Assembly (NCBI GenBank): GCA_963675495.1
Contig: OY776215.1
Span: 2,432,001 to 2,496,000 of the forward strand
Reading direction: 5' to 3'
Length of the DNA: 64,000 nucleotides
From: an uncultured Methanolobus sp.
Lineage (GTDB): Archaea; Halobacteriota; Methanosarcinia; Methanosarcinales; Methanosarcinaceae
The translations under genes were made by a program, and so were the position numbers. The notes under the pieces are model-generated. The model ran no database searches. It was not told the origin of the DNA and saw only the letters and a list, made by a program, of their open reading frames with translations. Every line of letters begins with the position of its first letter. The first letter of the stretch is position 1. Positions 1-9,887 of this stretch are shown here, piece by piece.

Positions 1-859
1 GGCATATCTTGACTCCTGCCGAAGGCTTGAGAGTATCTGCTCTGTGGACATATTCTTCCATGCCAGGAATGCCTGTATTTCCGCCTATCATGCAGGATGT
101 AGCCACATGGCCGATGTCACTGATAACAATGTCTGCAAGTTTCTCTTCCCCATTGAGAATAACGCCTTTGATAGTTCCACCTTCGATTTTAAAGCCTGTA
201 ACCTCTGAGGATGTGTGTATTGTTCCTCCATTAGATTTAATCACACCTACAAGAGCATCTGTGATCGCCTTGCATCCTCCCATTGGGACGCCCGCTCCGC
301 CAAAATGGTAGAGGTTCTCAATAATTGCAAAAGCTTCTTCTACAGGTACATCTGCTCCTTTCAGGCTGAGGGACCAACCAAAGAATGAATCAGAGATCCG
401 ATAAGTCCAGTCCTGGGGGATATGCTCTTTACACCATTGCTCAAAGGATTTTCCAGAAGGGGGGTTTTTACGGGTGCTGATTACGTAGTACATCAGCTTT
501 ATACGGTTCAGCAGGTTAAATGGAACCTTGAAGTTCTCGAAAAGAAGATCCTTGTGACCGTACTTGTAATCGGTGTCTCCTTTCTTTCTAGGAATCCTTA
601 GCACTGAGACCGGTTTACCACGAACGATTTTCACATCTGCTCCGATCTCTTCAAGAAGTTGTGCAAGAGGTCCGGTGGGTCCATGCGGAAGCATATGTAA
701 TGCACCGGTGCTTAGTTGGAAACCTTTGTATGGTATATTGGTGAACCTTCCACCTATTATCGGAAGACGTTCAAAGACCTCTACTTCATATCCTGAATTT
801 GAAAGTTTAGCTGCGCTCAAAAGCCCCCCAAGTCCAGAACCGATAATTATTGCCTTCAT
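1..859 (-). CDS. Phytoene dehydrogenase-like NAD(P)/FAD-dependent oxidoreductase (runs off left edge)
   Basis: Manual minus-strand translation from ATG 859: MKAIIIGSGLGGLLSAAKLSNSGYEVEVFERLPIIGGRFTNIPYKGFQLSTGALHMLPHG; GxGxxG dinucleotide-binding motif plus E..GGR; not in ORF track because truncated. Confidence 0.85.
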   Translation of the reverse strand, partial: MKAIIIGSGLGGLLSAAKLSNSGYEVEVFERLPIIGGRFTNIPYKGFQLSTGALHMLPHGPTGPLAQLLEEIGADVKIVRGKPVSVLRIPRKKGDTDYKYGHKDLLFENFKVPFNLLNRIKLMYYVISTRKNPPSGKSFEQWCKEHIPQDWTYRISDSFFGWSLSLKGADVPVEEAFAIIENLYHFGGAGVPMGGCKAITDALVGVIKSNGGTIHTSSEVTGFKIEGGTIKGVILNGEEKLADIVISDIGHVATSCMIGGNTGIPGMEEYVHRADTLKPSAGVKIC

Positions 860-860
860 T

Positions 861-1016
861 CTATGCCTCAATTGCTTTAACCGGACAGTATGCGATACAT
901 GCCCTGCAGTCTACACAGGCAGTCGTTATAGTTGCCTTTCCTCTTACTTCAATAGCATCAAATTTACAAAAGGCAATGCATTGGCCGCATCCTACACATT
1001 TTTCGTTCACTTTCAT
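861..1016 (-). CDS. Small 2x[4Fe-4S] ferredoxin (51 aa)
   Basis: MKVNEKCVGCGQCIAFCKFDAIEVRGKATITTACVDCRACIAYCPVKAIEA*; two CxxCxxCxxxC motifs; below ORF-track length cutoff; 1 nt from the oxidoreductase start. Confidence 0.9.
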   Translation of the reverse strand: MKVNEKCVGCGQCIAFCKFDAIEVRGKATITTACVDCRACIAYCPVKAIEA

Positions 1017-1200
1017 AGTATATTCACCGGATTTTATTGTATAACGTTTTCAACAATAAAAAGCCTTATTGTTCTTTATTTGATTTTGTTTTTTGCAGTG
1101 TTAGTTTTTCAGATGATATAATTTGTATGAAATCACATATTTTTTGATATACTACTTCAAACGGAAATATTTATTATTATGGACATATAATTATATTATC

Positions 1201-1650
1201 ATGGATGACGTTGACCTTGCGATACTGGAACGCCTTTGCAAGAATTCAAGGATGCATAGTACAGAAATAGCAACCGATCTTGGCCTGGCAACATCTACGG
1301 TGCATAAAAGAATCGAAAAAATGCGCGAAACAGGTACTATCCATGAGTTCACCGTCAAAGTGGATACCACAGAGGTTGGCCTGAATGTCACGACTTTTAT
1401 AGGGGTTAACATTGAGCAGAACAAAAGGATCAATATAATTAACCGCCTAAAGAATATCGATGACATATTGGAAATATATGAATTACTTGAGCCTTATGAT
1501 ATATTGCTGAAAGTGCGGACATTTGATATACATTCACTGAAGGAAAATGTTTTGCAGATACTTGGGAATATGGATGGTATAAAGGATTCTCACAGTATTC
1601 TGACAACAAAGTGCCATAAAGAAGTAAGTTGTATAATTCTTAAGAAGTGA
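1201..1650 (+). CDS. Lrp/AsnC family transcriptional regulator
   Basis: MDDVDLAILERLCKNSR...STVHKRIEKMRETGTI HTH followed by RAM domain; start moved to ATG 1201. Confidence 0.9.
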   Translation: MDDVDLAILERLCKNSRMHSTEIATDLGLATSTVHKRIEKMRETGTIHEFTVKVDTTEVGLNVTTFIGVNIEQNKRINIINRLKNIDDILEIYELLEPYDILLKVRTFDIHSLKENVLQILGNMDGIKDSHSILTTKCHKEVSCIILKK

Positions 1651-1730
1651 TCACCATATGTAATGATTATTCGTTATGTATGTGCAAAATTTATATATAG
1701 TTACAGGTTAGTTTCGTTTTAGGTGGTTTT

Positions 1731-2150
1731 ATGAAGAAAGAAGTGATTCAGGTTGTCTCCAGAGAAAATGGAGAATTGTCATCTAAGCAAGTAAAGGCTG
1801 CGCCATATGAATTCACCATGGCCACCCGTGCAAAATGGGAAATGGTGATATCTAATGAGGATACTGAGGTGCGTGCAGGTGAATTCAAAAAAATCAATGT
1901 AAAAGAAATACACCTGGAACCGGACATGGTTGCTCTTCCATGTACTTTCACCCATCATGCAGTTGTTTCATTGGTCAAGGTAGGTACAAAGGGTGGTGCC
2001 AAGCCAGTTGATAATGAACGTGTAATAAATTCTGCCTACATACTGGGTCAGGAGTCTGGCAAGGTCAGGGAGGGTGACCTGCTGGCAGTGCTCAATATAT
2101 TCCCAATAATGTTTACTCGTGAGGCGATGACACCAAAGTCGCTCAAGTAA
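1731..2150 (+). CDS. DUF22 domain protein
   Basis: 139 aa ORF with RBS AGGTGG; TRAKWEMVIS and VREGDLLAVLNIFPI resemble archaeal DUF22. Confidence 0.65.
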   Translation: MKKEVIQVVSRENGELSSKQVKAAPYEFTMATRAKWEMVISNEDTEVRAGEFKKINVKEIHLEPDMVALPCTFTHHAVVSLVKVGTKGGAKPVDNERVINSAYILGQESGKVREGDLLAVLNIFPIMFTREAMTPKSLK

Positions 2151-2187
2151 GTATACAAAAAGAAAACAAAGAAGGGGAGGGTGTTAC

Positions 2188-2694
2188 GTGGAAACTTGTG
2201 ATATATGTGGTGAGTTACAGGACTTTAAACTTTATGAAGGGTACAATATCTGCACTACCTGCGCGGATATCATGGAAGATGTTATGGGTGAGTATTTTCT
2301 TCGCACGATATGGAAAAGCGAACCCAAGGCACATGGTGCTTATTTGAATTATCTCAATAACACTACGAAGTATATCTCAGATTACAAAAAGATCTCGCAG
2401 AAATCAGACAGACATACAAAAGAGGTCGGTGTTCGTGTTTCGGATGCACTTGTAAATGACACTGAGCATCCTTCAAAAAGACGCTATTTCGAGCACATGC
2501 AAAAGGTTCTTGAATGGTTGGAGGCAACTCCGCATTTCTATCATTACTACTTCAAGGATTATTATGTATGTCCTGGATGTAATGCTTCAATATTCGATAA
2601 ATACAAGCGCATGGATGTTGGTGACTGGATGGTCATCTCATGTTCTGAATGTGGCACTGTCATAAAGAAGTATTTCTCTCCGAAAAGAATGTGA
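2188..2694 (+). CDS. Hypothetical protein with N- and C-terminal zinc-ribbon motifs
   Basis: CDIC/CTTC and CPGC/CSEC pairs; strong RBS GGGGAGGGTG. Confidence 0.7.
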   Translation: METCDICGELQDFKLYEGYNICTTCADIMEDVMGEYFLRTIWKSEPKAHGAYLNYLNNTTKYISDYKKISQKSDRHTKEVGVRVSDALVNDTEHPSKRRYFEHMQKVLEWLEATPHFYHYYFKDYYVCPGCNASIFDKYKRMDVGDWMVISCSECGTVIKKYFSPKRM

Positions 2695-2970
2695 ACTATC
2701 TTTTTTCCAGTCACCAATTTTGATAAATTTCCTTTTTTTCTATACTACTATTTTTTGGTTTATTTTTCAGGCTTTCAACATCGTAATTAAGACAATTTAA
2801 ATATAATGAATTATTATCAACTACTAGCCAACACTATCTATTGAAAAATATGTCAACAGATATTGTTTATCTATCTGCATGTATTTGATATTTATTTGTA
2901 TTAGGTCCTTACACGAAGGTGTTTTATACAAATAGTCTATCTACATTTATAACTTTCAGGAGAATAGTTT

Positions 2971-3363
2971 ATGTCAGGAATAATCGATATTAGTAACATA
3001 GCCAATAGTTACATACCGGTTGCAATAATTCTCATAGTGGCACTAGTGATGCCTCCCATAACAATGCTTATCATTAAATTGGTAAGTCCGAGGAGTAAAG
3101 CATCAGCAAAGTACACGACATATGAAGCTGGTTCCTTACCAACAGGAAATGCCAGAATACAATTCAATGTCGAGTATTATCTATATGCCATTGCTTTTGT
3201 TCTATTTGATATTGAAGTCCTTTTCCTTTATCCATGGGCTACGATCTTCAAAGGACATAATATTGATTTTATAGCAACCGTTGAAATGTTAGTCTTTATT
3301 TTTGTTGTATTGTTTGGCTACGTTTATCTGATCAAGAAGGAGGCTCTTAAATGGATGAAATAG
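2971..3363 (+). CDS. fpoA: F420H2 dehydrogenase subunit A
   Basis: NuoA-like YEAG...FVLFDIEVLFLYPWA; first gene of the operon. Confidence 0.95.
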   Translation: MSGIIDISNIANSYIPVAIILIVALVMPPITMLIIKLVSPRSKASAKYTTYEAGSLPTGNARIQFNVEYYLYAIAFVLFDIEVLFLYPWATIFKGHNIDFIATVEMLVFIFVVLFGYVYLIKKEALKWMK

Positions 3364-3911
3364 AGCAGACGAATGTCGAACAAAATGATGTTTTAGACGT
3401 TGGATATACCGACGTTCCGGGAACGATGCTTACCGACTCAAATGCTATCTGTGAATTCATTAAGAAAACAAAGATCCAGGATGTTCTCAACTGGGGTCGT
3501 AAGAACTCTTTATGGTTCATGGTTAATGCAATGGGTTGTTGTGGTGTGGAACTGCTTGCTACAGGTATGGCTCACTACGATACTGACCGTTTCGGTATTA
3601 TCCCACGTAACTCCCCAAGGCATGCTGATGTACTGATCATCAGTGGCTATGTCACAAAGAAGTACCTGCCAGCTCTGAAGAGGGTCTGGGACCAGATGCC
3701 TGCGCCAAAGTGGGTTATATGCTTTGGAGACTGTGCCATCAGCGGTGGTCCTTTCTATGAATCATACAGTACCCACCAGAACGTTGATGATATCTTCCCT
3801 GTAGATGTTTTTGTTCCGGGATGTCCTCCAAGATGTGAAGCTCTCATTCAGGGATTTGTTGAGCTCCAGAAAAAGATCGAAGCAAAGAAGGACAAAGGTA
3901 CTGATTATTGA
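3351..3911 (+). CDS. fpoB: F420H2 dehydrogenase subunit B
   Basis: NuoB-like GCCGVE, SPRHAD, GDCAISGG, PGCPP. Confidence 0.95.
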   Translation: MDEIEQTNVEQNDVLDVGYTDVPGTMLTDSNAICEFIKKTKIQDVLNWGRKNSLWFMVNAMGCCGVELLATGMAHYDTDRFGIIPRNSPRHADVLIISGYVTKKYLPALKRVWDQMPAPKWVICFGDCAISGGPFYESYSTHQNVDDIFPVDVFVPGCPPRCEALIQGFVELQKKIEAKKDKGTDY

Positions 3912-3917
3912 GGTGAA

Positions 3918-4397
3918 TTGATGGACGCTAATTCTATAATTTCTTCACTTACAGGCAAGTTCCCTGAAGATATCTATGATGCAGATATCGAGTCTGATAT
4001 AAGGGTCGTTGCCAAAGTGAAGCCGGAAAATGTAGTGGAAGTTTGCCGCTACCTCAAGGAAGACCTGTCATTCGGACACCTTTGCTGTGAATTTGGAGTA
4101 GACTATCCGGACAGGAATGAGATCGAAGTAATATACATAATAGGTTCCTACGAACACCCGGTAATCCTTACCATGAAGGCTCTCCTTCCAAGGGATAACC
4201 CGGAGGTCGAATCCGTAGTACCTGTTTACTGGAATGCTAATTGGTACGAAAGAGAAACGTACGAACTGTTTGGTGTGAAGTATCTTAATCACCCCGACCT
4301 TAAACCTCTTGTACTTCCAGAGGATATGCTCGGTGAGTGGCCTTTACGTAAGGATTACGAAGGCTTCCCAAACAAAACAGCCAGGAATTTGGTGTGA
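3918..4397 (+). CDS. fpoC: F420H2 dehydrogenase subunit C
   Basis: NuoC-like WYERETYELFG...HPDL...PLRKDY. Confidence 0.95.
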   Translation: MMDANSIISSLTGKFPEDIYDADIESDIRVVAKVKPENVVEVCRYLKEDLSFGHLCCEFGVDYPDRNEIEVIYIIGSYEHPVILTMKALLPRDNPEVESVVPVYWNANWYERETYELFGVKYLNHPDLKPLVLPEDMLGEWPLRKDYEGFPNKTARNLV

Positions 4398-4406
4398 GGG
4401 TTAAAT

Positions 4407-5531
4407 ATGGATGAAACAGTTGGACCTTCTGAAATGATTGTACACCTCGGCCCGCAACACCCCATGCTGCCAGGCCCGTTCAGATTGAATGCAAAATTAA
4501 GTGGTGAGACCGTTGTGGACTCTGAGGTAGAAATGGGTTTTATCCACAAAGGTATTGAAAAGATCCTTGAAAGTAAAACATACCTTCAGGGAATTACCAT
4601 TGTGGACAGAATATGTTACCTTGAAGCACTTACCAACGAAGAAGCATACGTTGGTTGTGTAGAAAAACTTGCAGGCATTGAAGTGCCCGAAAGAGCTCAG
4701 TATATCCGTGTTATAATGGAAGAGCTTTCCAGGATACAGAGTCACATCCTCGGAATGGGTGAATATGCATCCTTTGTCGGATTTGTGAGTATGTTCATGT
4801 ATACCATCAGGGACAGGGAAGATCTTATGTCTCTTATGGACTCCGTAACCGGAGCACGTATCACACACAGTTTCCTGCGTTATGGTGGTGTAAAGGATGA
4901 CCTTCCTGAAAGTTTCAGGGACGATGTAAAATACGTCTTTGGAAACCTTAGAAAGGCTGTTGACCAATATGAGGAATTGTACAGTACCGATTCCATCTAT
5001 AAGGCAAGAACCAAGGGCATTGGAGTTCTTACAGCAGATGTTGCAAAGGACCTAGGTGTATCCGGTCCGCCACTTCGGGCAACAGGTGTTGCTTTTGATA
5101 TCCGTAAGGATGAACCTTACCTTGTCTACAAGGACCTTGACTTTAAGGTATGCACGGAGACAGATGGTGACGTTTACGCGAGGATCCAGGTACGTCTGGA
5201 TGAGATGCGTGAAAGCATGTACATCGTTGAGCAATGTCTTGACCAGATGCCTGCCGGACCACTCTTCCCCGAAAACACTCCGTATGGTAAGAGATCTCCT
5301 GTTATGAGAATTCCTGCAGGTGAAGTTTTCCACCGTGTTGAAGCTCCAAGAGGAGAAATGGGATTCTATATGGTATCCGATGGCTCGGACAAACCATACC
5401 GTGTGAAGATAAGAGGACCTGTGTATCCTACTCTTCAGACCCTGCCACCACTGCTTAAAGGTGTTACAGTTGCAGATATTGTTGCAATTGCCGGCAGTAT
5501 GGACACATGTACCAGTGAGGTTGACAGGTGA
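4407..5531 (+). CDS. fpoD: F420H2 dehydrogenase subunit D
   Basis: NuoD-like GPQHP, HKGIEK, EAPRGE, EVDR; no NiFe CxxC pairs. Confidence 0.95.
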   Translation: MDETVGPSEMIVHLGPQHPMLPGPFRLNAKLSGETVVDSEVEMGFIHKGIEKILESKTYLQGITIVDRICYLEALTNEEAYVGCVEKLAGIEVPERAQYIRVIMEELSRIQSHILGMGEYASFVGFVSMFMYTIRDREDLMSLMDSVTGARITHSFLRYGGVKDDLPESFRDDVKYVFGNLRKAVDQYEELYSTDSIYKARTKGIGVLTADVAKDLGVSGPPLRATGVAFDIRKDEPYLVYKDLDFKVCTETDGDVYARIQVRLDEMRESMYIVEQCLDQMPAGPLFPENTPYGKRSPVMRIPAGEVFHRVEAPRGEMGFYMVSDGSDKPYRVKIRGPVYPTLQTLPPLLKGVTVADIVAIAGSMDTCTSEVDR

Positions 5532-6568
5532 TCATGATGATGGATATAGAAGCAATCATCTACAACCCTCTTTTAAGAGGTATCCTCGGATTATGTATCA
5601 TGGGTGCCGTATTCGGTGGTGCCTGTGTAGCTGTCTGGTTCGAGCGTAAACTCTCTGCAGATGTGCAGCAGAGATACGGTCCTATGAGGGTAGGTCCTCA
5701 CGGATTACTTCAGCTTGTTGCCGATGCTATCAAGCTGTTCACAAAAGAAGATATCATACCAAAGAATGCTGACAAATTGTTGTTCGTTTCAGCACCGATC
5801 CTCCTTATGGGGTCCGTTTTCCTGATGCTTGTAGCAATGCCTTTTGGTGCTATTATTATAGATGGTCAGAGTTATGTGATCGCAGCAACAGAGATGGATA
5901 TAAGTATCCTTTATATTGAAGCAATGTCTGCAATATCAATTATCGGTATTTTCATGGTTGCGTACAGTGCGAACAACAAATTCTCTGTGCTCGGAGCTTT
6001 CAGGAACTTTGCACGTATGATCGGATACGAAGTTCCTCTTGGTATCTGTATCGTGAGTGCTGCTATAATGGCAGGTTCACTGAATATAGTAGAGATCGCC
6101 GAGGCTCAGAGTCCTCTGTGGTTCATAATAATGCAGCCTCTGGGAGCTATTGTATTCTTCATCGCCCTTATGGCTGATATGGGTCGTCTTCCCTTTGACC
6201 AGAACGAGTCTGAGGAAGAACTCATTGCCGGTTTTCTGACTGAATACACAAGTATGAGATTCGGTTATGTTTTCTTTGCAGAATACATCCATTTGATACT
6301 TGGTTCAATGCTTGTTGTATTGTTGTTCCTTGGCGGATGGAATCTGCCTGTATTCCTGACTGATATAACGATCCTTGGTATAATCCTGCCAACAGTATAC
6401 TTCCTGTTGAAGGTGGCTCTGGTAATGCTCTTTATAATCATGATCAGATGGGCTGTTCCAAGGTACAGGATCGACCAGGTAGTAGACCTGAGCTGGAAAA
6501 AACTTCTGCCGTTGTCCCTCCTTAACCTGGGATGGGTAATCGGACTTGGTCTGCTGGGGGTATACTAA
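5528..6568 (+). CDS. fpoH: F420H2 dehydrogenase subunit H
   Basis: NuoH-like ERK...QQRYGP, ADAIKLFTKED, RLPFD..ESE, PRYRIDQ. Confidence 0.95.
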   Translation: MIMMMDIEAIIYNPLLRGILGLCIMGAVFGGACVAVWFERKLSADVQQRYGPMRVGPHGLLQLVADAIKLFTKEDIIPKNADKLLFVSAPILLMGSVFLMLVAMPFGAIIIDGQSYVIAATEMDISILYIEAMSAISIIGIFMVAYSANNKFSVLGAFRNFARMIGYEVPLGICIVSAAIMAGSLNIVEIAEAQSPLWFIIMQPLGAIVFFIALMADMGRLPFDQNESEEELIAGFLTEYTSMRFGYVFFAEYIHLILGSMLVVLLFLGGWNLPVFLTDITILGIILPTVYFLLKVALVMLFIIMIRWAVPRYRIDQVVDLSWKKLLPLSLLNLGWVIGLGLLGVY

Positions 6569-7012
6569 ATGGTTATTAAAAATATCATAACAGCAGTAAA
6601 GAACATTTATTTCGGCCCCCCTGTTACAAGAATGTGTCCGGAAGTACCAACAAAACTTTCAGACAGGTTCAGGGGCTTGCAAAAGTTAGATAAAACGAAA
6701 TGTATCGGTTGTGGAATATGCGCCAATACGTGTCCCAATAACGCTATTAAGATAGTAAGAGCACGTATCAATCCGGAAAGCGAGAAGCAGAGATGGTTCC
6801 CTGCAATAGATATTGGTCACTGTCTGTTCTGTGGTCTTTGTATAGACCAGTGTCCAAAGGACGCACTGTCCAGCACAAAGGTGTATCTGACAGGTGTTAT
6901 CCGCTGGAACCACGAGGATCTTCTCTTTACACCAGACATGCTGGCAAGGGAAGTAGACATTAATGCTGAGGCAGAAGCCGGTGAGGAGGTGAGCAGATGG
7001 ACCCCACAATAG
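6569..7012 (+). CDS. fpoI: F420H2 dehydrogenase subunit I
   Basis: Two 4Fe-4S motifs CIGCGICANTCP and CLFCGLCIDQCP. Confidence 0.95.
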   Translation: MVIKNIITAVKNIYFGPPVTRMCPEVPTKLSDRFRGLQKLDKTKCIGCGICANTCPNNAIKIVRARINPESEKQRWFPAIDIGHCLFCGLCIDQCPKDALSSTKVYLTGVIRWNHEDLLFTPDMLAREVDINAEAEAGEEVSRWTPQ

Positions 7013-7275
7013 GCTCTATAATTGAATTGGCAATTTTTGTGATACTGGCTGTTCTATCGATAATGTTCGCAGTATTCGTAGTGACAGCCAGAGATGTAGT
7101 AAGAGCTGCCCTTGCACTTGTGGTAACAATGTTCATTGTTGCAGCTTTCTACATTATGCTAAATGCACAGTTCCTTGGTGTTGCCCAGGTACTGGTATAC
7201 ATCGGTGCAGTAGGTGTATTGATACTGTTCGCTGTAATGCTTACTAAAAGGGAGTTTGGTACAGATGCTGAATAA
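6997..7275 (+). CDS. fpoJ: F420H2 dehydrogenase subunit J (N-terminal part, J1)
   Basis: NuoJ N-half AQFLGVAQVLVYIGAV; split J is typical of Methanosarcinaceae. Confidence 0.9.
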   Translation: MDPTIGSIIELAIFVILAVLSIMFAVFVVTARDVVRAALALVVTMFIVAAFYIMLNAQFLGVAQVLVYIGAVGVLILFAVMLTKREFGTDAE

Positions 7276-7570
7276 GGAAATTTCATTTACGGCAATGGAT
7301 GTTATCACATCTGTGTATGACTACCTTAAACCACGCATATTTGGAATGTTAATCGCTGCTTTGTTCCTGTCAGTTATGGTAGTGGCAATCGCCTTTACAA
7401 GCTGGCCATCACTTGATCTGATTCCACAGAATATCGAGGATCAGAGTAACATCGAGGGTATTGGAGTGCTTATCTTCACAGACTTCGTGGTTCCGTTCGA
7501 AATAATGTCTATCGTACTGTTGTCCTCATTGATGGGTGCCATCTACATGGCAAAAGGAGATGATAACTGA
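7256..7570 (+). CDS. fpoJ: F420H2 dehydrogenase subunit J (C-terminal part, J2)
   Basis: NuoJ C-half [21 protein letters not shown]. Confidence 0.9.
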   Translation: MVQMLNKEISFTAMDVITSVYDYLKPRIFGMLIAALFLSVMVVAIAFTSWPSLDLIPQNIEDQSNIEGIGVLIFTDFVVPFEIMSIVLLSSLMGAIYMAKGDDN

Positions 7571-7872
7571 TGATACCGATCGTCGCTTACCTTGCTCTTT
7601 CCGCAGTTATCTTTTCCATAGGTCTCTATGGACTGATGACACAGCGGAGTGGTATTCGCATTCTCATGTGCGTGGAACTCATGCTCAATGCCGCTAACCT
7701 CAACCTTGTGGCATTTTCAAGCTACAACGGTGATCTTACAGGGCAGGTATTTGCTTTGTTCTCCATCGCACTGGCAGCTTGTGAGGCAGCAATTGGATTT
7801 GCTATATTGATGTCCATTTACAGAATGAAGGACACAATTAGTCTTGACTCTATTAACATACTGAGGTGGTAA
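7570..7872 (+). CDS. fpoK: F420H2 dehydrogenase subunit K
   Basis: NuoK-like [18 protein letters not shown]. Confidence 0.95.
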   Translation: MIPIVAYLALSAVIFSIGLYGLMTQRSGIRILMCVELMLNAANLNLVAFSSYNGDLTGQVFALFSIALAACEAAIGFAILMSIYRMKDTISLDSINILRW

Positions 7873-7874
7873 AA

Positions 7875-9887
7875 ATGGCAGTAGAAGATCTCGCATTCTT
7901 AATACCACTCCTGCCTGCACTGGCCTTTGTGCTGACTTTTTTCTTCGGGAAAAAGCTTCCAACAGGCGGTGCAATAATTCCAATAGCCGCTATTGCAACA
8001 TCATTTGTGCTATCATTATTGATAACATTGAGATTACTCGCAAACCCTGAAGAAGTTGTGACCCAGTCATACAGCTGGTTCGCCATGCTCAACATAGGTA
8101 TCCTTGTTGACCCACTGGCAGCTGTTATGCTTACAATGGTGACATTTGTCAGTCTGCTTATACACATATATTCATTAGGCTACATGTCACATGACAAGGC
8201 ACAATCCAGGTACTTTGCTGAAACAGCATTGTTCACAGCTTCAATGCTTGGTCTGGTTCTTTCAGACAACATCCTGCAACTCTTTATTTGCTGGGAACTT
8301 GTGGGTGTTTGTTCATACCTGCTCATCGGATTCTGGTTCCATAAGCCATCCGCTGCAACAGCAGCAAAGAAGGCTTTCCTGACAACCAGAATTGGTGACG
8401 TGATGTTCCTTACAGGAATAGTTGTCCTGTTCTCAGACCTCTTTAAGATATTCAACGGCGTCATTCCTGATGGTGTGTACATACTCAGGTTCGATGTAAT
8501 ATTTGCTCACATTCCTGAAATTGCAGCAATGAATGCAAACATTTTCGGAATGGAAGTAAGTCACATCACACTGATAACACTCCTGTTCTTCGGTGGTGCT
8601 GTTGGTAAGTCTGGTCAGTTCCCGCTTCATGTGTGGCTTCCTGACGCAATGGAAGGTCCAACAACCGTTTCAGCTCTCATACACGCAGCAACGATGGTTA
8701 CAGCCGGTGTCTACCTGGTCGCAAGAACATTCCCAATGTTCATCGCAGCTCCAAGTTCACTGATGATCGTAGCGTACCTCGGTGCTTTCACTGCAATATT
8801 CGCAGCAACAATGGGAATTGTCATGAACGACCTTAAGCGTGTACTTGCATACTCAACCATCAGTCAGCTCGGTTACATGATGCTTGGTCTTGGTGTTGGT
8901 GCAACTATCGGTGCTGAAGCAGTAGGTATATCACTCTTCCACCTGGTCAACCACGCATTCTTCAAGGCTCTTCTCTTCCTGTGTGCAGGCAGTGTTATTC
9001 ACGCCGTAGGTACACACGACATGAGACAGCTTGGTGGCGTTGCTAAAGTAATGCCAATAACCGCAGCAACAATGATTGCTGCAGCCCTGGCACTTTCAGG
9101 TATTGGTATTCCGGGAACATCCATCGGTACAAGTGGTTTCTTCAGTAAGGATGCGATCATCGAGAGCGCATATCTCTTCGGAGAAACGACCGGATCATGG
9201 ATCCCATACGCACTTTCTATCGCTGCAGCTCTGCTGACATCCCTGTATATCTTCAGGCTTCTGTTCATGACATTCTACGGAAAGCCACGTACAGATTACG
9301 GTGGACACGAGTCACCTGCATCAATGACGGTCCCACTTTCAATACTTGCAGTGTTTGCACTGTTCTTCGGTGGCCTGGCCTCAAAGACATTCAACACTTT
9401 TGTAAGTGATACCTTCATGAACAATTTCGTTCACGTGGACATTTCTGAACTTGCATCACTTGGTGGTTACCACCTTGCAGAACATGCAGGACATGAGCCA
9501 ATGCTTATACTCTGGATGCCACTGATTGTCGCAGTTGCAGGTTTCCTGATTGCTTTCCTTGTCTATGGACTGAAGATCGTCAATATGGACAGCCTTGTTT
9601 CAAGAAATAACCCAATTTACAAACTCCTGTACAACAGATACTACCAGAACTCTATCTTCACTAACTTCTTCTCGGTCAAGGTCATCTACGAAGGATTTGC
9701 CTTTGCAGGACGTGCCGCTGACAGAGGATTTGACTGGATAGTTAACTGGTTTGGTGACCTTACACTGGAGACTGGTGAATCACTACGTCAATTCCAGACA
9801 GGAGCTGTACAGAATTACGCCACTGCAGTGATAACCGGAGTAAGTCTTCTGGTCATACTTGTAACAGTGGTAATGGAGGTACTTTGA
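7875..9887 (+). CDS. fpoL: F420H2 dehydrogenase subunit L
   Basis: NuoL-like GKSGQFPLHVWLPDAMEGPTTVSALIHAATMV. Confidence 0.95.
   Translation: MAVEDLAFLIPLLPALAFVLTFFFGKKLPTGGAIIPIAAIATSFVLSLLITLRLLANPEEVVTQSYSWFAMLNIGILVDPLAAVMLTMVTFVSLLIHIYSLGYMSHDKAQSRYFAETALFTASMLGLVLSDNILQLFICWELVGVCSYLLIGFWFHKPSAATAAKKAFLTTRIGDVMFLTGIVVLFSDLFKIFNGVIPDGVYILRFDVIFAHIPEIAAMNANIFGMEVSHITLITLLFFGGAVGKSGQFPLHVWLPDAMEGPTTVSALIHAATMVTAGVYLVARTFPMFIAAPSSLMIVAYLGAFTAIFAATMGIVMNDLKRVLAYSTISQLGYMMLGLGVGATIGAEAVGISLFHLVNHAFFKALLFLCAGSVIHAVGTHDMRQLGGVAKVMPITAATMIAAALALSGIGIPGTSIGTSGFFSKDAIIESAYLFGETTGSWIPYALSIAAALLTSLYIFRLLFMTFYGKPRTDYGGHESPASMTVPLSILAVFALFFGGLASKTFNTFVSDTFMNNFVHVDISELASLGGYHLAEHAGHEPMLILWMPLIVAVAGFLIAFLVYGLKIVNMDSLVSRNNPIYKLLYNRYYQNSIFTNFFSVKVIYEGFAFAGRAADRGFDWIVNWFGDLTLETGESLRQFQTGAVQNYATAVITGVSLLVILVTVVMEVL

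Noticed and set aside
9-1121. Plus-strand ORFs 9-311, 573-1121 and 850-1044
   Set aside because: Antisense shadows of the oxidoreductase and ferredoxin genes.
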